A stretch of DNA of 64,000 nt from Pyrinomonadaceae bacterium (GTDB lineage Bacteria > Acidobacteriota > Blastocatellia > Pyrinomonadales > Pyrinomonadaceae), in contig JBKBYA010000001.1 of the NCBI GenBank assembly GCA_046313635.1, positions 32,001-96,000 on the forward strand, read 5' to 3'. Positions 60,270 through 64,000 of this stretch are shown here, one piece after another. Under the pieces are notes generated by a model. It was not told where the DNA came from. It made no database searches and saw only the letters and a list, made by a program, of their open reading frames with translations. Each line of letters starts with the position of its first letter. Position 1 is the stretch's first letter. A program made the position numbers and the translations under genes.

Positions 60270-60668
60270 TTAGATCAGAAGGGAATGGTGGCGCAGGTAG
60301 AGGTCGGGAGGTCGTGAGTGCCTGAGACGATGGCCGGCCGCGGGAGACGGTGGTGTAAATGTCGACGCCGCGACGACCGGATCCCAGATCGGCCTGACCG
60401 CTACGTCGACGACCGGGACTTTTGTCTTTAATTTGACGGCCGCGGTATCGGCGGCTTTTCCGTGAGGCGGCCTTTCACCTCGTGACATACTGCAATCGGT
60501 ATCGCAGCAGTCTTTTGATTTGACGTTCGTGATCTTGGTCCTGCTCTTTTTGCAGCACGAATGCGCGGCCCGGCCCTTTCGCTCGAGATCGAAGCACCCG
60601 CACACGCCGCCGAGCGCGTGCCCGGCGAGCGTCAGGATAAAGAACAAAATTGCGAATCGCTTTAACAT
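60270..60668 (-). CDS. Exported Cys-rich protein with a C-terminal RPP motif; candidate regulatory leader ORF
   Basis: Signal-like N-terminus, CGC, HSCC, DCCDTDC, ending HSRPPDLYLRHHSLLI. First ORF of the metal efflux operon. Confidence 0.7.
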   Translation of the reverse strand: MLKRFAILFFILTLAGHALGGVCGCFDLERKGRAAHSCCKKSRTKITNVKSKDCCDTDCSMSRGERPPHGKAADTAAVKLKTKVPVVDVAVRPIWDPVVAASTFTPPSPAAGHRLRHSRPPDLYLRHHSLLI

Positions 60669-60871
60669 CCGACCAAGTCAGCAATATGATGCCGCGCCCG
60701 CGCACCTGTCAAGCGGCCGCCCGCGCGTCTTGATATGTTTTTATCAACGCCCGTGCCCGCGATCTCGGTCGTCTTCGCAGGCCTGATCTCCGGAGCTTCG
60801 GTCCGGCCGCGATGCCACGGTCCCGATCTTCAACGCGTAAATAGACGCTTACCCAGCGCAAAACCTCGCGC

Positions 60872-62323
60872 CTATTTTCCGATGCAAAAGGTCGAGAAGA
60901 TGCGTGTCAGCATGTCCTCGGTCGTCGTCTCGCCGGTGATCTGGCCGAGGTAGCGGAGGGCGTTGTGGAGGCCGACGAGCGTGATCTCCTCGCTCGTGCG
61001 CGCATCGAGCAGCTCGATCGAACTTTCGACCTCGCCCAGCGCGCGGCGGAGCAGGTCGTGATGCCGCGCGTCGGTGACGAGAAAGCCCGCCTCGGCCGCC
61101 GCGTCGCCGCCCGCAAAAGGCGAGATCATCGCCGTCTCGAGCTCGTCGATGCCGGCGCCCGTTGTCGCGGAAACCGGGACGACTGCGGATTTCGGATTTC
61201 GGATTTCGGATTTGATGGAAGAGACAAAGACGTCGAGATCCGTCGACGTGCCGCTCGTATCCGCCTGCTCTTTCGGAAATCCGAAATCCGAAATCCGCAA
61301 TCCGAAACCAGCGGTAAGCAGGTCGATCTTGTTCAGCGCGATCAGATGATCGAGCTCGGCGACCGAGGCGAGAATGTCGCGGTCCTCCGCGGTCAGCGGC
61401 TGCGACGCGTCGAGGACGACGATGACGAGATCGGCGTCGGCCATCGTGCGGCGTGCGCGCTCGACGCCGATGCTTTCGACCGTGTCGCTCGTCTCGCGCA
61501 GCCCGGCGGTGTCGATCAGCGATATCGGAATGTTGTCGATCGTGAACTGCTCGTGGATCTGGTCGCGCGTCGTGCCGGCGATATCGGTCACGATCGCTCG
61601 GTCGCTGCCGACGAGCGCGTTAAAGAGGCTCGACTTGCCGACATTCGGACGGCCGACGATCGCGACGCGGATGCCTTCGCGGATCAGTTTGCCGGCTCTA
61701 AAGGTCTCGGCGATCTTCGCGATCGACCCGGCGATATTTCGAAGCTTTGTCTTGACGCCCTCGGCCTGCACGTCGGGCAGATCGTCCTCGACAAACTCGA
61801 GCGCCGACTCGAGCACGACGATCACGTCGAGCAGCTCGTCCTTGATCGGCTGCAGGCGATGCGAGAATTCGCCGCTCATCTGCCGCACGGCCTGACGGGC
61901 CGAAGCGACGGTCCGCGCGTCGATCAGGTCGCGGATCGCCTCGGCCTCGGCGAGATCGATGCGGCCGTTTGCGAGTGCGCGAAGCGTGAATTCGCCCGGC
62001 TCGGCCATCCGCGCATCGAGAGCCAGAGCGATGTCGATCACCTGCCGCAGCAGCACGGGCGAGCCGTGACAGCTGATCTCGACGACGTCCTCGCCGGTGA
62101 ACGAATGCGGGGCTTTGAAGTATGTGATGACGGCCTCGTCGATCGTCTCGTTCGAATCCGGATCGACGAGCCGCTTGAGATGCGCGACGCGAGGCCGCGG
62201 ATCAAAATTCGGATCGCCCGTCAGCTTGCGCGTTATATCCAGTGCCGCGCCGCCGCTCAGGCGCACGACGCCGATGCCGCTGCGGCCCGCAGGTGTCGCC
62301 AATGCTGCGATCGTGTCGCTCAT
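60872..62323 (-). CDS. mnmE: tRNA modification GTPase MnmE/TrmE with an in-frame repeat insertion
   Basis: DTIAALATP, PHSFTGEDVVEISCHG, GRPNVGKSS, GTTRD, DTAG, NKID, FCIGK. Confidence 0.97.
   Translation of the reverse strand: MSDTIAALATPAGRSGIGVVRLSGGAALDITRKLTGDPNFDPRPRVAHLKRLVDPDSNETIDEAVITYFKAPHSFTGEDVVEISCHGSPVLLRQVIDIALALDARMAEPGEFTLRALANGRIDLAEAEAIRDLIDARTVASARQAVRQMSGEFSHRLQPIKDELLDVIVVLESALEFVEDDLPDVQAEGVKTKLRNIAGSIAKIAETFRAGKLIREGIRVAIVGRPNVGKSSLFNALVGSDRAIVTDIAGTTRDQIHEQFTIDNIPISLIDTAGLRETSDTVESIGVERARRTMADADLVIVVLDASQPLTAEDRDILASVAELDHLIALNKIDLLTAGFGLRISDFGFPKEQADTSGTSTDLDVFVSSIKSEIRNPKSAVVPVSATTGAGIDELETAMISPFAGGDAAAEAGFLVTDARHHDLLRRALGEVESSIELLDARTSEEITLVGLHNALRYLGQITGETTTEDMLTRIFSTFCIGK
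61186..61304. repeat. Inverted (CGGATTT)4 / (AAATCCG)4 element inside mnmE
   Basis: Arms at 61186-61213 and 61277-61304 (one mismatch). Reading frame is preserved. Confidence 0.92.
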
Positions 62324-62481
62324 AGTCGGAAGTCAGAATACAGAAGAAAGTAGTCAGTAGTCAGCAGCCGGTAGTCAGAACACAAAAGTCGGAAATCAGA
62401 AACGGGGATTCGATCTGAATCCCCGCGGGCTGCCGTCTTCTGCTTTCTGTCTACTGTCTACTGACTACCGACTACTGTCTA
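62324..62481. repeat. Inverted GTAGTCA/TGACTAC-type heptamer arrays between jag and mnmE
   Basis: AGTCAGT-type units on the left, CTACTGT/CTACTGA units on the right, central GGGGATTC/GAATCCCC stem. Confidence 0.8.
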
Positions 62482-62490
62482 CCCAACGAC

Positions 62491-62940
62491 TTACTTCAAC
62501 CGGACCTGCAGCCGCCGCTCGCGGCCGGCGCCGACGGACTCGGTGTGCAGGTCGTCTTCTTCGGCGAGCGTCGTATGGATGATGCGCCGCTCGGTCGAGT
62601 TGAGCACGCCGAAGGTGAAAGGCACGCCGTTCTTGCGGACCTGATTGGCCGCAAATTTCGCCATCGCGTGGAGCTCTGCCTTGCGCGTCTTGCGAAAGCC
62701 GTCGGCGTCGCAGACGAACCGCTGCGAACGGTCGAGCTCGCGCCCGAAGGCCTGGAACAAAATGGTCTCGAACGCGTCGAGCAGCTCGCCGTTCTCGGCC
62801 AGCGCGAGATGCGAATCTTCGCCTTTGAGATCGATGTGACAACCCTCCTCGGTCCATTCGCCCTCGGCCTTGAGCTGCAGGCGCATATCGCCGAGCACAT
62901 CGCTCAAAAATTCGGTTGCGGTTTGGCAGGTATCACTCAT
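62491..62940 (-). CDS. jag: Jag/EloR (KhpB)-like KH-R3H RNA-binding protein, short form
   Basis: NSTERRIIHTTL (R3H) and TESVGAGRERR. Located between yidC and mnmE. Confidence 0.82.
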   Translation of the reverse strand: MSDTCQTATEFLSDVLGDMRLQLKAEGEWTEEGCHIDLKGEDSHLALAENGELLDAFETILFQAFGRELDRSQRFVCDADGFRKTRKAELHAMAKFAANQVRKNGVPFTFGVLNSTERRIIHTTLAEEDDLHTESVGAGRERRLQVRLK

Positions 62941-62947
62941 AGTCGTA

Positions 62948-63035
62948 GAAAGTTAAAGAGTGAAAAAGTTAAAAGGTGAAAAAGTTTGAAGGTTAACGTC
63001 GAGTCCTACTTTTTTTCCTTTTTCACATTTTCACA
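62948..63035. repeat. Inverted octamer (GTGAAAAA/TTTTCACA) low-complexity element
   Basis: 8-bp periodic purine tract followed by a complementary pyrimidine tract between yidC and jag. Confidence 0.65.
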
Positions 63036-63043
63036 TCGCCGCA

Positions 63044-64000
63044 TTACGAAGCGCTCAGCTTCGGCTTGACCTTTTTGGCGTTGGCCGGCACCTTGTCGAC
63101 GACCTCGGCCGTCCCCGCCGGCGGCTCGCTGGTCTTGTTCAGACGATTGATCAGCATCTGCTGGCCAAAGCTGACGACGTTGCCAAAGAACCAGTAAAGC
63201 AGCAGACCCGACGGCGCCGTCCACATCACCCACAGCATCATGACCGGCATCAGATAGGTCATCATCTTTTGCTGCATCTGCTGCTCGGGCGTGACGGTCG
63301 CCGTGGTCGGCGTGAACTTCATCGCGAGCACCATCGACGCGGCAAACGCAAATTCGAGAATGTGCCACGGGTCGCCCGCCGACAGATCGGGCAGCCACAG
63401 GAACGACGCCTGCCGCACCTCGAGCGAGACCGTCACCGCCGTGTAAAACGCGAGCAGAAGCGGGAACTGCAGGAGCATCGGCAGACAGCCGCCGATCGGC
63501 AGCGCGTCCTTGGTCAGACGGAGCTGCTCCATCTGCAGCTGACGCATACGCGGGTCGTCGAGCGGCACGCCCTTCTTTTGCATCTCCTTGATCTTGTCCT
63601 GGATCTCCTTCATCTTCGGCGCGTTGCCCGACGCCTTTTTGAAGGATTTGGACTGCGACCACCGAAGCGGGAAGAGCAGCGAGTAGAACAAGAACGTAAA
63701 GACGATGATCGCGACGCCGTAATTGTGCGTAACCGCGTTGAGGAAATTCAGCGCGTAAAGGATCGGGATCGACAGCGGCTTGGTCAGCCAGCGCAGCCAC
63801 CAGTAGTTGCTGAAGTTGATCAGGTTGACGAGGCTGATCTCGCGGCCCACCGATGCGGTGATCTGATCGTCGAGACTGTTGAGCAGAAAGTAATCCTTGG
63901 TCCCGGTGTAGATCTTGGTCGGCGAAGAACCGTCGGTCGCGACCGGCAGGTACGCGCTCACTAGATGCCGCGTCTCGACCATCTTGGGACTGCGGATCGC
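63044..64000 (-). CDS. yidC: Membrane protein insertase YidC, C-terminal part, truncated by the window edge
   Basis: NYGVAII..LLFPL, GGCLPMLLQFP, FLWLPDLSAGDP, PSGLLLYW. Confidence 0.95.
   Translation of the reverse strand, partial: AIRSPKMVETRHLVSAYLPVATDGSSPTKIYTGTKDYFLLNSLDDQITASVGREISLVNLINFSNYWWLRWLTKPLSIPILYALNFLNAVTHNYGVAIIVFTFLFYSLLFPLRWSQSKSFKKASGNAPKMKEIQDKIKEMQKKGVPLDDPRMRQLQMEQLRLTKDALPIGGCLPMLLQFPLLLAFYTAVTVSLEVRQASFLWLPDLSAGDPWHILEFAFAASMVLAMKFTPTTATVTPEQQMQQKMMTYLMPVMMLWVMWTAPSGLLLYWFFGNVVSFGQQMLINRLNKTSEPPAGTAEVVDKVPANAKKVKPKLSAS

Overview
High-GC bacterial chromosome segment, probably Acidobacteriota of the Blastocatellia type (inferred from the GWxTD-domain protein and overall gene set, not from a search). 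It carries origin-region housekeeping genes (yidC, jag, mnmE and mnmG, parA, parB, selD, tatB, tatC), with about 38 kb of accessory genes between mnmE and mnmG. From left to right: polysaccharide genes (wza-like, capD-like, galE), an aminotransferase, a PDZ protein, a polyamine aminopropyltransferase operon interrupted by a GxxExxY nuclease-like gene, GWxTD, tatCB, selD with an in-frame UGA (selenocysteine), parBA and mnmG. Next come a secreted-protease cluster (three S8 subtilases and one M36/M4 metalloprotease) around a STAND-TPR-SARP/BTAD regulator, a sigma54-controlled USP/formate dehydrogenase block, a Cus-like metal efflux operon, and mnmE, jag, yidC. The strongest unexplained signal is five promoters in the protease cluster. 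Each has CTCAAG-type direct repeats at 11/22-bp spacing ending exactly 8 nt before a TAnnnT -10 box, the geometry known from Streptomyces SARP promoters. Other signals: a GxxExxY ORF enclosed by 20-bp inverted repeats with an ORF-less copy 33 kb away; inverted 7-9-mer repeat elements at operon junctions and in-frame inside genes; two parS-like palindromes with swapped half-sites; five sigma54 promoters sharing an upstream motif; a 19-copy GITLTGAD repeat domain; and a Cys-rich, RPP-containing leader ORF ahead of the metal efflux operon. All family calls come from motif recognition by eye; no database searches were run.
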